Notes: generated from the sequence alone by a model not told the origin. A stretch of 64,000 nucleotides of DNA from Squalus acanthias (GCA_030390025.1 CM059432.1:127970001-128034000); one strand, 5' to 3'; shown: positions 10,946 to 24,691, counted from the first letter of the stretch. Numbers and translations are program-made.

Positions 10946-11973
10946 TTAGTGAAAGCATTGAAAGATATAAAAGACAATTCAGTGGATAAATTTAGTCATA
11001 TTGAGAAATATGTTGATTTTATTGAATTAAAAAGAAAACATTTATACCATTATTTTGAGCATTATAAATTTCACTTACTGAGGGGAAAAAATGGAAGTTG
11101 AAAAAAATGTCAGAAAGCATCTTAAGCAACTCTGGGAACCCGGTGGCCAGATTGTGGAATCACAGATGCTTCCACTATAAGATAATAGCAATTGTGTATT
11201 ACACAGTATGACACCATCAGCATTGAAAAGGTGTATCACAGTGCCACCTATAGGGTTAACAGGTACTGTAGGTACTTATAAAGTGTTTTCAATTAAATGC
11301 TCACCTCACATACAAAATGAATTTTTAATAGATTTAACCAGTACAGTAGTTTAATTGTCTGGCTCATATTTTCTGTAGTAATGTTTGTCTGACTTGAGAG
11401 AGATTGGGAAATTGTTAGAGGGCCTAAGCAGCTGTATAGTATTGACATCTTTAAAATGTAACCTGATCTTTCAATGTAGAATATTAGGGAAGTGTACTTT
11501 TATAAGCTCTCAAACTGTGCATCAAATGATTTTAATCAGAAACACCTGTTAGTATCGTAAGTAGTGACTTTCTTTGTCGGCATTTTTATTTCTTAACTGA
11601 TTTAGCTCAAATTTGGAGCAAATGATTGAAGCCCATACTTCAATGGGCCCATACTTAAAGCTGGAAAGACAAACTCTCCACTAGTGTTTCTATACTACAA
11701 ACTTGCTGCACTGCACCTTTTGATTCAAATTAAGCTGCATTGACCTCCTTAAATTAAAAGATTATGAAAAAAGCTTTCCTCAGAATAAATTGTCAATTTT
11801 CAAAAAGAAGTTATATTTGGAAGCTAATATAAAGCCTGTATTTTGTTGACGGTTGGAAAATGTAGTAAACATTCTGCAGTGAAACCTGTAAATTAGGAAT
11901 ACCTAAGGGACTTGCATCAGGTGTCCTTTATTTGCAGGTGTCCTTATTTTTAAATAGTTATTGTATGTACAGT

Positions 11974-12421
11974 AAGAAAGAAAGACTTGCATTTATATAG
12001 CGCCTTTCATGACCACCGGACATCCCAAAGTGCTTTACAGCCAATGAAGTACTTTTTGAAGTGTAGTCACTGTTGTAGCGTAGGAAACGCGGCAGCTAAT
12101 TTGCGCACAGCAAACTCCCACAAACAGCAATAAGCTAATAACCAGATAATCTATTGTTGTGATGTTGATTGAGGGATAAATTTTGGCTAGGACACTGGGG
12201 ATAACCTGCCCCTCTTCAAAATAGTTCCATAGTGAGAAAGCAGACGGGGCTTTGGTTTAATGTCTCATCCAAAAGATGGCACCTCCGACAGTGCAGCACT
12301 CTCTCAGTACTGCACTGGAGTGTCAGCCTAGACTTTTGTGCTCAAGTCTCTGGAATGGGACTTGAACCCATAACCTTCTGACTCTGCGGCAAGGGTGCTA
12401 CCAACTGAGCCACGGCTGACA
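11974..12421 (-). mobile_element. tRNA-derived DeuSINE (SacSINE1-like)
   Basis: Minus-strand head GTGGCTCAGTTGG (A box) ... GGTTCAAGTCCC (B box), Deu-like core, L2-like tail gcgctatataaatgcaagtctttc. Confidence 0.85.
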
Positions 12422-12778
12422 CGCCGGATAAGCCAACTAACCCAGGAATGGCTGTACCTCCCCCAGTGTGTTTTTTTTTGCCTTCACCTAGGATTGTGGT
12501 TAATTCTGGAGCTCTGCCAACCGGATGTGATTTCAGTTCCTTTTCAGGTTGTTGGGTTTCCCAGTTCATTGCCATCCTGGGGTCCTTATCCATTGAGGGA
12601 GGGATGTCCTGGGATCTGCTATGTTGGCAGCCTGCACAGGGTGAGGTGGCTGCTGTCGGGCCGGAGTGCCTGGGAGATCCCAGCCAAATTGAGGAGGGGT
12701 GGGTGGGGGATGGGATTAATGTCCTGCAGACCCCTGTCTGGCACCATTTCCCTAAGTGTGCTGGAGCTACTAATGTTT

Positions 12779-12837
12779 GGGATGGGCAATAAATGCTGGC
12801 CTTGCCAGCGACGCCCACATCCCATAAACAAATAAAG
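12779..12837 (+). mobile_element. LINE-X 3' tail fragment
   Basis: ggatgggcaataaatgctggccttgccagcgacgcccacatccc, matching 20887-20930. Confidence 0.75.
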
Positions 12838-14367
12838 TGGTGGGGGGTGGGTAGGAGGCTATTGGCAGCTCATCAGTACCTGACGTACTGGTGGAGTAGG
12901 GTTGACAACTCTAGTTGGAGGCATTCCTGGCAGTTTAATCATGTGCTGTTCTGACCACATGTGGTCAGACCTCAGGACTTGTAAAAATGTTATTGGATTT
13001 ACCTTTATAAAGGTTGGGTCCCTGGAGTTGAGCATCTTTATTTGTCGTTTCACAACAGCAGCTGTTGGGTGAGCAGTTCCAAGAACCAAGAGGCCATCTG
13101 TGAGCACGCAGAGGGGAAACCGAGGGCGGGGAAAGGGGGAAACAATTCATTTTATCTCCCTTCCGTGCCTCCCCCGCGCTCCGAGTCTCCAACTCTCTCT
13201 CTCTCCCCACCCCCAACCAGAACAGCAGTTCCCGTCTTTTGTGGAATGGGGATTTCTTTACCCAGCATCCATAGTGGCAGAACCTGGGATAGAGCCATGC
13301 TTGCATTCAATCCCAGAGAGAGAGCGGTCACTAATGTGATGTTTTAAAGTTTAAATTTGAATGCAAACAAAGCCCTCCTGAGGGAAATGGATGAGGGGAG
13401 GTTTGGAGGGAAGTAGGTGAAGAGAGTTCTGGCTTCCTGTCCTTGGAGTACACAACTGGAAGTGGATGGAGGGTTATGAATGAGGTGAGTAACAGCAGAG
13501 TAAAGGAAGGTGAAGATACACAGATTGTGTGGGTAGTTCAAAGGAGAAATGGTAGGGATAGTGATGGGAATGAAGGGTGGTAGAAAGGGAAAGTGGTAGC
13601 AGGAAGGTGATTGGCTGCAGGACATAATGGGAGAGGGGGAAGGGATGGGGGGGGGATGCATGAGTGTTGGGAAGGGAGCTGCTGAGGGCCACATTTTCTC
13701 TGCAACCACCCCCCCCAGCCCCCGGCCAGATAAAGCCTCCAACCATTGATTGTTCCTTTCCCTGCCACACCACATTGTGTCACCTACCACCTGCCAACCA
13801 AAAGAAAAGAAAAAAAGGCAGATGAGAACAGAAAAGCAAAAATAATTAATGAGGAGCAGAAGAAAATAAAGGTAGAGAAACAACACATGAAAGTAAGAGA
13901 ATATATTCTCCAGAATGCCATGTGAGTTCCACTAGTATTGTCTAGCATGTGCTTCTTGTCTGTTGCACTTCGTATCATGGCCAATTTTCTCACTTCAAAT
14001 AAAAATATCAAGAAACACAGAAACTCTGCAAGAGTACAAAATACTGGAGCCAGAATGTCTGAAGCCTCTCATTTAACTTCTGTAGGAACTCGGTGTTTAG
14101 ACTTTATAGTCTTGAAGTGATGCATTTATTAAAAAAAAAATAATTACAATTTGCATGGTATAATGTTTCTGTATTCATGAAACACTACATTCTCCGACTT
14201 AACTGTGAGCAGTATCACAGCAGATTTACTTGTCAAGGTAGTAATATGGTATGTCTAGCTGTATTTCCTGTCCATTCCACTTCTGTTACACTTCAAATGT
14301 TACTCTCCACTTTGTTACATTTCAATAAACAACAAAGAGAAACCAAGGGACTCTGCAAGAACACACA

Positions 14368-15102
14368 GGCCCAGATATTCCGATTGCAGGTCTCCCGCGG
14401 GCGGAAGACTGCGATCTGGAAAAATCTGTGCCCTTACCTGAGGGCTCCCGGGAGGCGCACAGTTCCGATGCTGGGCTTCTCCAAACTGCCGGTGCGCAGG
14501 GCCCACGTATCCCAGAGGCGCAGGTAGTTCGCAGCGCCCCTGGGATCACGTGGACCATGGGGAACCAATCAAAGAAGGGAATCTCCCTTCATACATTTGA
14601 CAGGAAGACCTGTCAAATATATGAATGGAGGTCACCCCCAAAACATAGTAAAACTTTAAATAAATTAAAAAAAAAATCACATTTTTAAAATGACTTGAAA
14701 GTACAAATAAATTAACTATTTTAAACAAAACTTTAAATTTTTGAAAAAATAATAAAGTTTTTTACGAGGCTAAAAATAAACTTTTTAGAAGTATTTTTAA
14801 ATGATAAATCAGTGGAGATTTTTTTTTCAACTTTTTTCAACTCTTATCCTGGTAAAAGCAGGCCTTACGCCTGCTTTTACCAGGCGCAAGAATTGTAAGG
14901 GTTTTCTGCGGGCGGAGGGTCTCCAAAAAGCGGAACTGTCCGCCCGCAGAGGCCCTTCTGCCGGGCAGCCGGAGGATCTGTCGAGCTTTCCTGACCGATC
15001 GGAAATGCCGGTTTGCAGTGCATGCCTGAAACCGGCATTTCCGATGTCTCTACGGGTGGTACATAACGCGAACCCACCCGTAGGGATCGGAATATCCGGC
15101 CC
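14368..15102. mobile_element. PIF/Harbinger-like MITE (735 bp)
   Basis: 17-bp TIRs GGCCCAGATATTCCGAT / ATCGGAATATCCGGCCC (2 mismatches), 3-bp flanks ACA/ATA, CpG-rich arms around an AT-rich core. Confidence 0.8.
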
Positions 15103-16284
15103 ATAATATGTGTGCACTCTCCTACTTGATGGCTGTTTGAACTCATCCCGTGTCTACTTCACAGCAGCCTCTTAATTGACCTCTTTTATGAACCCTGTGT
15201 TTATTTAGCAGTAATCAGACTTTGTAGCTGTGAAGGAACATACACTTAGACTTTTACAAGGTATAATGTTCCCACCCTTGTAAAACTTGGCATCCTTTGA
15301 CTTACATTGAGCACCACCAAAGGAAGTTTGCTAGTTTGTAATAAAAAGGGGACTGTAATGTATGCAAAGATAGTAAAACTATATATAGTTACCAACAATG
15401 CTAAAACACAGTGCCTTAGTGCAGTTTTGAAATATCTGAAAAGCAACCAGGCTTCTGCACCAGCCAGATAGTCTTGAATGATACGATTCGGGTGCAATGT
15501 GAAGCTTTGTATTTCTTGAAAGCATTGATAAAACTGTTGTGGTTTGTCAGACTGTAAAGCAGTTTGTATTAGCTGTAATATTTGAGTTTCCAGTGATGTC
15601 ATTTTCTAACTGGAAAAATGAGCTCAAATTTAATTTACAGCCTTGAAATTGTAGAGAAGATGAATTTTTGTTCAAGTGAAACCTTCAGTCCCACATTTAT
15701 GTGTTCTTCGGCAGGTTAATGTGCCGACTGTGGAATGTGGCAAACTGCCAATATTATAAACTTGACTTTGCAGATGGTCAAGTCTCAATTTTATTTTGCC
15801 ATAAATATTAACCTTTAAATATGTCAGACTAAACTCTGTTAATTTTTCTGTTAATTGAGGCCTAGACTTGAAACATACCAAGTATAAATAGATCAGCTTA
15901 AACTATTCTAAGGTTTGAGCAACAAAGGAGCAGATTCCAGCACCAATGTAAACATGCTGGGTAAACTCAAATATGTTTCAGCTTATTTACAACAAAAAAG
16001 GAAATAGGACCAAGGATTATTTATGTCTAATAAGGAAATTGTACCATGGATTGTTAGAATTATTATAAATACTGTTCAACAATTTCTGCTAATGTATAAG
16101 CAATCCGCATAATTCAACTTCTAAGCGACAAATGGAGAACTGAGCCAATTGTAACACTAAAGTAAAAAGCTTTGTGCTAGGTTCAAACTGTGTTCTGAGC
16201 CAGTGCAATCTCCTTATCCTTTCGACTCAAGCTGAACTTCTGACCCCCATATCCTCTCCACCAATATCCTCTAATTCCAACTCT

Positions 16285-16870
16285 AATATTGCCCGTCTCC
16301 ACCTCGACCTCAGCCCATTTGTTGCTGAAACCCTCATCCATGTCTTGCTCACCTCCAGACTCAACTCTTCCAATGCTCTTCTGACCTGCCTCAAATCCTC
16401 CACCCTCCATAAACTTCAGCTCATCAAACCTCTGCTGCCTGTATCCTATCGCGCATCCAAGTCCCGGTCCCTCAATGCTTCCAATTTATAATTCTCATCG
16501 CTGTGTTTAAATTCCTTTTTATGGCTTTCTGTATCTGTGACCTACTTCTGTAACTTCCTCCAGCTCTCAACTCCTGTCTCGTCAACTCTTTTCCTCTGAC
16601 TGTGGATCCTTGTGCATTCCCCATCTTCCCGCTTTGCCCCATATTTGGCAGCTGTGCGTTTCGCCACCAAGGCTCCATTTCCCTCTGTAACCCCCTCTGC
16701 TTCTCCATCTCCCTCTCCTTTTAAAGCCCGCCTTAAAACCCACCTCTGACCAAGCTTGTATTCTCTCCTCATAATCTTTCCTGCTTTGGCTCAGAATCCA
16801 TATTTTTTTATTCTGCCTTTGTGAAGTGCCTTGGGATGTTTTTCTGTGTTGGGGGCACAATATAAATTCA
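16285..16870 (+). mobile_element. Old L2 LINE 3' fragment
   Basis: AETLIHVLLTSRLNSSNALL and HKLQLI; L2-type 3' UTR. Confidence 0.75.
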
Positions 16871-18252
16871 AAGTTTTATTGCAGAGTATGGCAGAAGGGC
16901 AGATTATTTCTGCCAGAAGGAACTTCTTGGTACAGATACGTGATTCCTGTTTTACACCGTTTATCTCTCGTGTTTCAATATGTAGTGCAAATATTGTAGA
17001 TGAGGGACTGTGCAATCCAATATCAGTAATGGAAGTGAAAACATTGAATTGTTTTTGCATCTGCATGAACTCAAAATTTTATTTCATGGAAAACAAATGC
17101 TGTGTTTTCAAAGTTCCTTTATTGAAATGAGTCAACATTCTTCAGTTGTGAAAAGTATTACAAATGTACTCTTTCATTATATAAGTTAACTCATTATAGT
17201 GTACCCGTACTCTATTCAAACCTCCAATGTATATATTTGATACATTTTTGTAAATTGTGTATTGGTTTACTAAGGGTGATTTTTGTATACTTAACAGGCC
17301 AGTACTATTGCTTATAACAATCTATTTGCATGTTGAACACTTAAAAATGTTCCATGGATATATATTATCCTTTATCATTGCCGAGCTGATCAGAATTGTT
17401 TCAAACAAAGCATAATGACTTCTGGATTTTGACAGCACCTCTGAGAATGTTCATGAAATTCGGTTAAGTCCTTGTCATATTTGAGGTTTTATTATGCCCT
17501 TGTGGCCAAATTTATGAATGTTTGCTTGGTTTGAAGGTGGCATAATTCACTAATTGTCAATAGTCTTGAGTTAGCGATATCAAAGAGAAAAGGAATAAAA
17601 GATCTCCAGTGTATTTATTCTTTAGAGAAAAGTTGTATGGTGAAAATATTGCCATTGTCGGTTCCCAGTTAGACAATTGTGCATCTGCTTTCAGTAATTA
17701 ATTTGAGTAGTACAGACTTGCATATTCAGTCAGTTAGCCAGATTTTCATATACGTACTGTTAGGCAATGTTGTTAAAGGGGTTAATGGTGCATTTTCTAG
17801 CCATTGTAATGGCAACAGGAAACTATTTTGCCATTGGACAATATTTGACAAATATATTTCGGAATGAATTAATTGAACTTAATGACCACGTCTACATGAT
17901 TAATGTCTAATACTAGAAAAGGAAGAATCTGAGGTCAGTAATTCTCACTTTTTCATAGCCAATGATTTCATCTGGTTCGGTCTATGATCTTTCAGTGATA
18001 GAACAATGTGATCAATACTGATGTTCAGTTCAGCTTTGTCAAAAAAAAATTAGCTTTGCAGGACACTTCCTGCCAAGTTTAGACTTGGCATATAAGCAAG
18101 AACTCTTTGGTAATTATCACTGCTGATGCATAGATGTTTAGTGAAAAAAGAATGATGCAGATTAATTTAATATTTTCTCAAGTTTTGGGTTTTTGTTCTC
18201 GCAATAAGAACTCGCCCTCTAGCCCAGAAAAGTCTATACATGATAATTACAA

Positions 18253-20944
18253 GGGAACAGCAGCCTAGTGGTTAATTGCTAGCCTACTGGGCTAGTAATC
18301 CAGAGGCCTGGACTAATGAGCTGGAGACGTGAGTTCAGATCCCACCACGGCAGCTGGTGAATTTAAATTTAGTTAATTAAATAAACCTGGAATAAAAAGC
18401 TAGTATCAGTAATGGTAACTATTGGATTGTCGTAAAAACCCATCTGGTTCATTAATGTCCTTTTAGGGAAGGTAATCTGCTGTCCTTACCTGGTCTGGCC
18501 TATATGTGACTCTAGACCCACAGCAATGTGGTTGACTCTTAACTGCCCTCTGAAATGGCCAAGTAAGCCACTCGGTTGTAACAAACTGCTACGAAAAGCA
18601 ATAATAATAAAACCGGACCCGGCACCGGCTTCGGACACGGAAACGGCTCACACAGCCCAGTCGACCCTGCAAAGGGCTGCTCACGAACAACTGGGGACTT
18701 GTGCCAAAATTGGGAGAGCTATCCCACAGACTGGTCAGCAACAGCCTGACATAGTCATACTCACAGAATCATACTCCTCCATCACCATCCCTGGGTACGT
18801 CCTGTCCCACCAGCAGGACTGACCCACCAGAGGTGGCGGCTCAGTGGTATACAGTCGGGAGGGAGTGGCCCTGGGAGTCCTCAACATTGACTCTGGACCC
18901 CATGAAGTTTCATGACTTCAGGTCAAGCATGGGCAAGGAAACTTCCTGCTGATTACCACCTACCGCCCTCCCTCAGATGATGATCCATGTTGAACACCAC
19001 TTTGAAGAAGCACTGAGGGTAGCAATGGCACAGAATGTACTCTGGGTGGGGGAATTCAATGTCCATCATCAAGAGTGGCTCGGTAGCACCACTACTGACC
19101 AAGTTGGCCGAGCCTTGAAGGACATAGCTGCCAGACTGGGCCTGCGGCAGGTGGTGAGAGAACCAACACGAGGGAACAGCCTTCTTGACCTCGTCCTCAC
19201 CAGTCTACCTGCCGCAGATGCATCTGTCCATTACAGCATTGGTAGCAGTGACCACCGCACAGTCCTTGTGGAGAAGAAGTCCCGTCTTCACACTGAGGAC
19301 ACCCTCCATCGTGTTGTGTGGCACTACCACCGTGCTAAATGGGATAGATTCAGAACAGCAGCTCAAATCTAGGATCAGTGAGGCGCCGTGGGCCATCAGC
19401 AGCAGCAGGATTGTATTCCACCACAATCTGTAACCTCATGGCCCAGCATATCCCTCACTCTACCATTACCATCAAGCCAGGGGACCAACCCTGGTTCAAT
19501 AAGGAGTGTAGAAGAGCAAGCCAGGAGCAGCACCAGGCGTACCTTAAAATGCGGTGCCAACCTGGGGAAGCTGCAACACAGGACTACATGCATGCTAAAC
19601 AGCGAAAGCAGCTTGTTATAGACAGGGCTAAGCAATCCCACAATCAACGGATCAGATCAAAGCTCTGCAGTCCTGCCACATCCAGTCGTGAATGGTGGTG
19701 GACCATTAAACAACTAACTGGAGTAGGAGGCTCCATGAATATCCCCATCCTCAATGATGGCGGAGCCCAGCATGCGAGTGCAAAAGACAAGGCTGAAGCA
19801 TTTGCAACCATCTTCAGCCAGAAGTGCTGAGTGGATGATCCATATCGGCCTCCTCCTGAGGTCCCCACCTCCACAGAAGCCAGTCTTGAGCCAATTCGAT
19901 TCACTCCACGCGATATCAAGAAATGGTTGAGCAAAGGCTATGGGCTCCGACAACATCCCGGCTGTCTTGCTGAAGACTTGTGCTCCAGACATCGCTGCAG
20001 GAGTTCCTCAGGGCAGTGTCCTAGGCCCAGCCATCTTAAGCTGCTTCATCAATGACCTTCCGTCCAACATAAGGTCAGAAGTGGGGATGTTCGCTGATGA
20101 TTGCACTCTGTTCAGTTCCATTTGCGACTCCTCAGATAATGAAGCAGTCCATGCCTGCATGCAGCAAGACCTGGACGACATTCAGGCTTGGGCTAATAAG
20201 TGGCAAGTAACATTTGTGCCACACAAGTGCCAGGCAATGACTATCTCCAACAAGTGAGAGTCTAACCACTGTCCCATGACATTCAACAGCATTACCATCG
20301 CCGAATGCCCCACCATCAACATCCTAGGGGTAACCATTGACCAGAAACTTAATTGGACCAGCCACAAATACTGTGGCAACAAGAGCAGGTCAGAGGCTGG
20401 GTATTCTGCGGTGAGTGTCTCACCTCCTTACTTCCCAAAGCCTTTCCACCATCTACAAGGCACAAGTCAGGAGTGTGATGGAATACTCTCCACTTGCCTG
20501 GATGAATGCAGCTCCAACAACAATCAAGAAGCTTGAAACCATGCAAGACAAAGCAGCCCGCTTCATTGGCACCCCATCCACCACCTTAAACATGCACCAC
20601 CGGCGTACCGTGGCTGCAGTGTGTAGATCTACAAATGCACTGAAGCAACGCGCCAAGGCTTCTTCAGCAGCACTCCCAAACCCGCGACCTCTACTACCTA
20701 GAAGGACAAGGGCAGCAGGTGCATGGGAACACCATCCTGACTTTGGAAATATATCGCCATTCCTTCATCGTCGCTGGGTCAAAATCCTGGAACTTCCTCC
20801 CTAACAGCAATGTGGGAGTACCTTCACCACAGTGACTGCAGCGGTTCAAGAAGGTGGCTCACCACCACCATCTCGAGGGCAATTAGGGATGGGCAATAAA
20901 GGCTGGCCTTGCCAGCGACGCCCACATCCCAGGGATGAATAAAA
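18253..20944 (+). mobile_element. LINE-X copy with tRNA-like 5' head, APE endonuclease + RT remnants and internal deletion
   Basis: A-box-like CAGCCTAGTGG at 18261 and B-box-like GTTCAGATCC at 18333. APE motifs PDIVILTESY, YRPP, WVGEFNVH, LDLVLT and SDH; RT motifs [10 protein letters not shown] and MFADD. Deletion junction near 19988; 3' tail at 20880-20944. Confidence 0.88.
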
Positions 20945-21325
20945 GTAAACTCGATAATTATGGGTAAGGCTTGCTTAATTGCTTCTCTCTTTGAAAGGTA
21001 TTATAGTTTGTGTTTTTGTTCAAATCATTTTATTTTGTATCTCTAACCATGGAAGAAATGGTAAATCAGATTATTTAACGCTTTGACTTTTAATTTGATG
21101 AGAAAATGCCTATTCCCTAAGTCTGCTTATTTGATTGTTGTGGTATGACCACTTCAGTGAGCTCCCAAGTCTAATTGGGGGAGGAAGAGAGAGACTTCAA
21201 GATGCAAAGTGTCTTTTTTGCGCTCTTTTTTAAAGATTAATCATTGATCAGTAGCCTGATATTTACCAGCAGTTACTACTGTCCTCTAACCATAGCAGTG
21301 TAGAACTACAGTTACACCTGGGTCT

Positions 21326-22093
21326 GCATATAAGAATGTAAGAATTAGGAGCAGGAGTCGGAGATACAGCCCCTCGCGCCTGCTCTGACATTTAATATGA
21401 TCATGGCTGACCTTCGACCTCAACTCCACTTTTCCGCCTGGTCCCCATATCCCTTGATTCCCCTAGAGTCCAAAGATCGATCTATCTCAGCCTTGAATAT
21501 ACACAACGAAAGAGCATCCACACCCTTGAGGCAGAGAATTCCAAAGATCCACAACCCTCTGAGTGAAGAACTTCCTCCTCATCTCAGTCTTAAATGGCCA
21601 ACACCTTATCCTGAGACTATGCCCCCTAGTTCTAGACTCTCCAGCAGGGGAAAGAATCTCTCAGCATCTATCCTGTCAATCCCCCTCAAAATCTTGTTTC
21701 AATGCAATCACCTCTCATTCTTCTAAACTCCAGAGAGTATAGGCTCAATCTCCTCATAGGACACCACTCTCATCCCAGGAATCAATCTAGTGAACCTTCA
21801 TTGCACGTATGGCATGTATATCCTTCCTCAGATGAGACTAAAACTGTGCACAGTACCCTAGGTGTGGTCTTAGCAAAGCCCTGCACAATTGTAGCAAGTC
21901 ATCCTTACTCTTGTACTCCAACTCCCTTGCAATAAAGGCCAACATGCCATTTGCCTTCCTAATTGCTTACTGTACCTGCATGCTAACTCTCTCTCTTTCT
22001 TGTACTAAGATACCTAAATCTCTCTGAACACAACGTTTAATAGTTTCTCACCATTTAAAAAATATACTAGTTTCCTATTCATCCTATCAAAGG
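21326..22093 (-). mobile_element. CR1 LINE 3' part (continues at 24692-25185)
   Basis: Reverse-complement CR1 3' UTR and RT C-terminus. Confidence 0.85.
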
Positions 22094-22808
22094 ATGGAGA
22101 GGAGTAAAGAACAATCTAGAGTGGAACTTCTAAACTGGAATAGGGCTAACTTTAATGGGATGAGAAAGGATCTAGCCAGGGTAAAATGGAACCAAAAACT
22201 GTAAGGAACAATGGGTGATCTTTAAGGAGGAGATGTTCCAAGTACAGGCTAGGTAAATTCCAACAAGAGGGAAGGGTAAGGGAACCAAAGCAAGGGCTCC
22301 TTGGATGATGAGGGAGATTGAGAAGATGATGAAACAAAAAAAGAGGGTGCATGATGCATGTCAGGTGAATTCTTCAAGGGAGAACCAGACCTAATGCAAT
22401 AAATGGAGAGGGGATGTGAAGATGAAAATAAGATTGGCAAAGAGAGAATATGAGAGTAGAATGGCGGTTAGCATAAAAGGGAACCCAAAATCTTCTCCCG
22501 GCATGTAAACAGTAAGCGGGTAGTAAGAGGCGGGGTGGGGCCTGTTAGAGACAAAGGTGGTGATATATGCTTAGAGGCGCAGGGCAAGGCTAGAATACTC
22601 CAATGAGTACTTTGTATCGGTGTTTACTAAGGAGGTGGATGCTGACAAAATATCAGTAGATGTGGAAAAGGTAGAAGCAATGGAAGGGGTGAAAATTGAT
22701 AGACAGGATGTACTAGAAAGGCTGGGTATGCTTAGAGTGGATAAGTCGCCTGGTCCAGGTGGCTTGCATCCCAGGTTGCTAAGGGAATTGGGGAGGAGAT
22801 AGCGGAAG

Positions 22809-23251
22809 TGTTGTAGAGTGTATTAACTGACACTCGACGCGAGGTTTCAGATCGATATTCAAGTGGTCTTTATTACGCCGGGGGGGGGGAGCCAGTCTCT
22901 CACCAACAGACTTCTCCAACTTGTTAGAGTGAATACAGCATTTTTATACTTTCAAATACCTCGTGGCGACCTTGTGACTTGTTACAATCTTATTGGACTT
23001 CTGCAGTTGCTTAATTGGATTATAAGCTGCATGATTCAAACCGGTCAATTGACTTACAGATGATGCAATGCAGCTTTTGGTTGATTTCATTAACTTTGGG
23101 TATAGCTGCTGATTGAAAAGTCAGTTTCGATCACATTACAAAACCTCGTCAAGGTGCTTTCTGTTTTGATGAGCAGCCATGAGTTTCTGCACACACATAC
23201 TGTTTTACAAGCTGTCAGCAAATTTTTAACTTTAACTCTTTCCCCACTTCA
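22809..23251 (-). mobile_element. Solo LTR (443 bp) with 5-bp TSD
   Basis: TG...CA termini; GGAAG at 22804-22808 and 23252-23256; minus-strand TATAAAAA (22941-22948) followed by AATAAA (22869-22874); the host CR1 resumes after it. Confidence 0.88.
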
Positions 23252-23768
23252 GGAAGGGATTGCCATAATTTTCTAATCTTGCCTCGATGAGGGGGAGGTG
23301 CCTGAGGATTGGAAAGTGGCAAATGTGACACCATTGCTCAAGAAAGGGTGTAAGGACATCCTAGTAACTACAGGCCAGTCAGTTTAACATCAGTGGTGGG
23401 TAAAGTTTTAGAAACAATAATCAAGGAAAAAATTAACGGGCACTTGGAGAGGTTTAAGCTAATTAAGGAGAGCCAACACGGATTTGTAAAAGGCAGATCG
23501 TGTTTGACTAATCTAATTGAATTTTTTGATGAAGTAACAGGGAGGATTGATGAAGGGAATGCAATGGATGTTGTCTACATGGATTTTAGGAAGGCGTTTG
23601 ACAAAGTACCACATAGAAGGCTGGTTAACAAAATTGAGGTTCATGGAATAGGTGGGTCAGTGGCAGCTTGGATAAGGAATTGGCTTAACGACAGTTGTGG
23701 TAAATGGCAGATTGGAGGATGGTAGACAGTGGTGTTCCCCAAGGGTCAGTGCTGGGGCCACTGCATTT

Positions 23769-23770
<2 letters not shown>

Positions 23771-23857
<87 letters not shown>
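23771..23857. repeat. Compound (TG)n(TA)n microsatellite
   Basis: Visible directly. Confidence 0.97.
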
Positions 23858-23858
<1 letters not shown>

Positions 23859-24691
23859 AGGAGGATACCAATTGACTGCAACAGGACATAGAAAGGCTAG
23901 CCGAATGGGCAGACAAGTGGCTGATGGAATTTAATACAGAGAAGTGTGAGGTGATGCATTTTGGCAGAAGGAACAGGGAGAGGCAATATACACTGAATGG
24001 CACAGTTTTAAAGAGTGTGCAGGGACAGAGGGACCTGGGAGTTAATATGCATAGGTCCCTGAAGGTGGCAGGACATATTGAGAGAGTGGTTATCAAAGCA
24101 TATGGGATCTTGGGTTTCATAAATAGAGGTATTGAGTGTAGAAGTAGAGAAGTTATGCTGAACCTTTATAAAGCGCTGGTTAGGCCACAACTGGAGTATT
24201 GCGTCCAGTTCTGTTCACCACACTATAGGAAGGATGTGAAGGCCCTTGAGAGGGTGCAGAGGAGATTTACCAGAATGGTTCCGGGGATGGGGCATCTTAG
24301 CTACAAGGACAGGTTGAGAGGTGATTTGATAGAAGTGTACAAGATTTTGACGGGTTTGGATAGGCTAGACGGGGAAAGGCTGTTCCCACTAGTTGAGGGT
24401 ACAAGGACTAGGACACACATTTAAGGTTTTGGGCAAGAGATACAGGGGGGATGTGAGGATAAACTTTTTTATGCAGCGAGTGGTGAGGACCTGGAACTCG
24501 CTGCTGACGGAAGTGGTGGCAGCAGAGAAACGCAATGTTTTCAAGGGGCGACTGGATAGGCACTTGAGGGAAATAAACTTGCAGGGCTACACGGATAGAG
24601 CGGGGGAATGGGACTGACTGGATTGCTCTACAGAGAGCCGGTCCTCAGACTCGATGGGCCGAATGGCGGCCTCCTGTGCTGTTATGACTGA

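Larger units (their letters stand above)
22094..24691 (+). mobile_element. CR1 LINE, 5'-truncated, nested in an antisense CR1
   Basis: KSPGPGG, SQHGFVKGRSCLTNL, YMDFRKAFDKV and WLMEFNTEKC; 3' UTR gatgggccgaatggc. Confidence 0.9.

Noticed and set aside
13344..13886. 180-aa Pro/Phe-rich ORF
   Set aside because: Product of purine/pyrimidine-skewed low-complexity sequence.
15246..15602. 118-aa minus-strand ORF in unique sequence
   Set aside because: No recognisable domain or supporting gene structure; consistent with chance.
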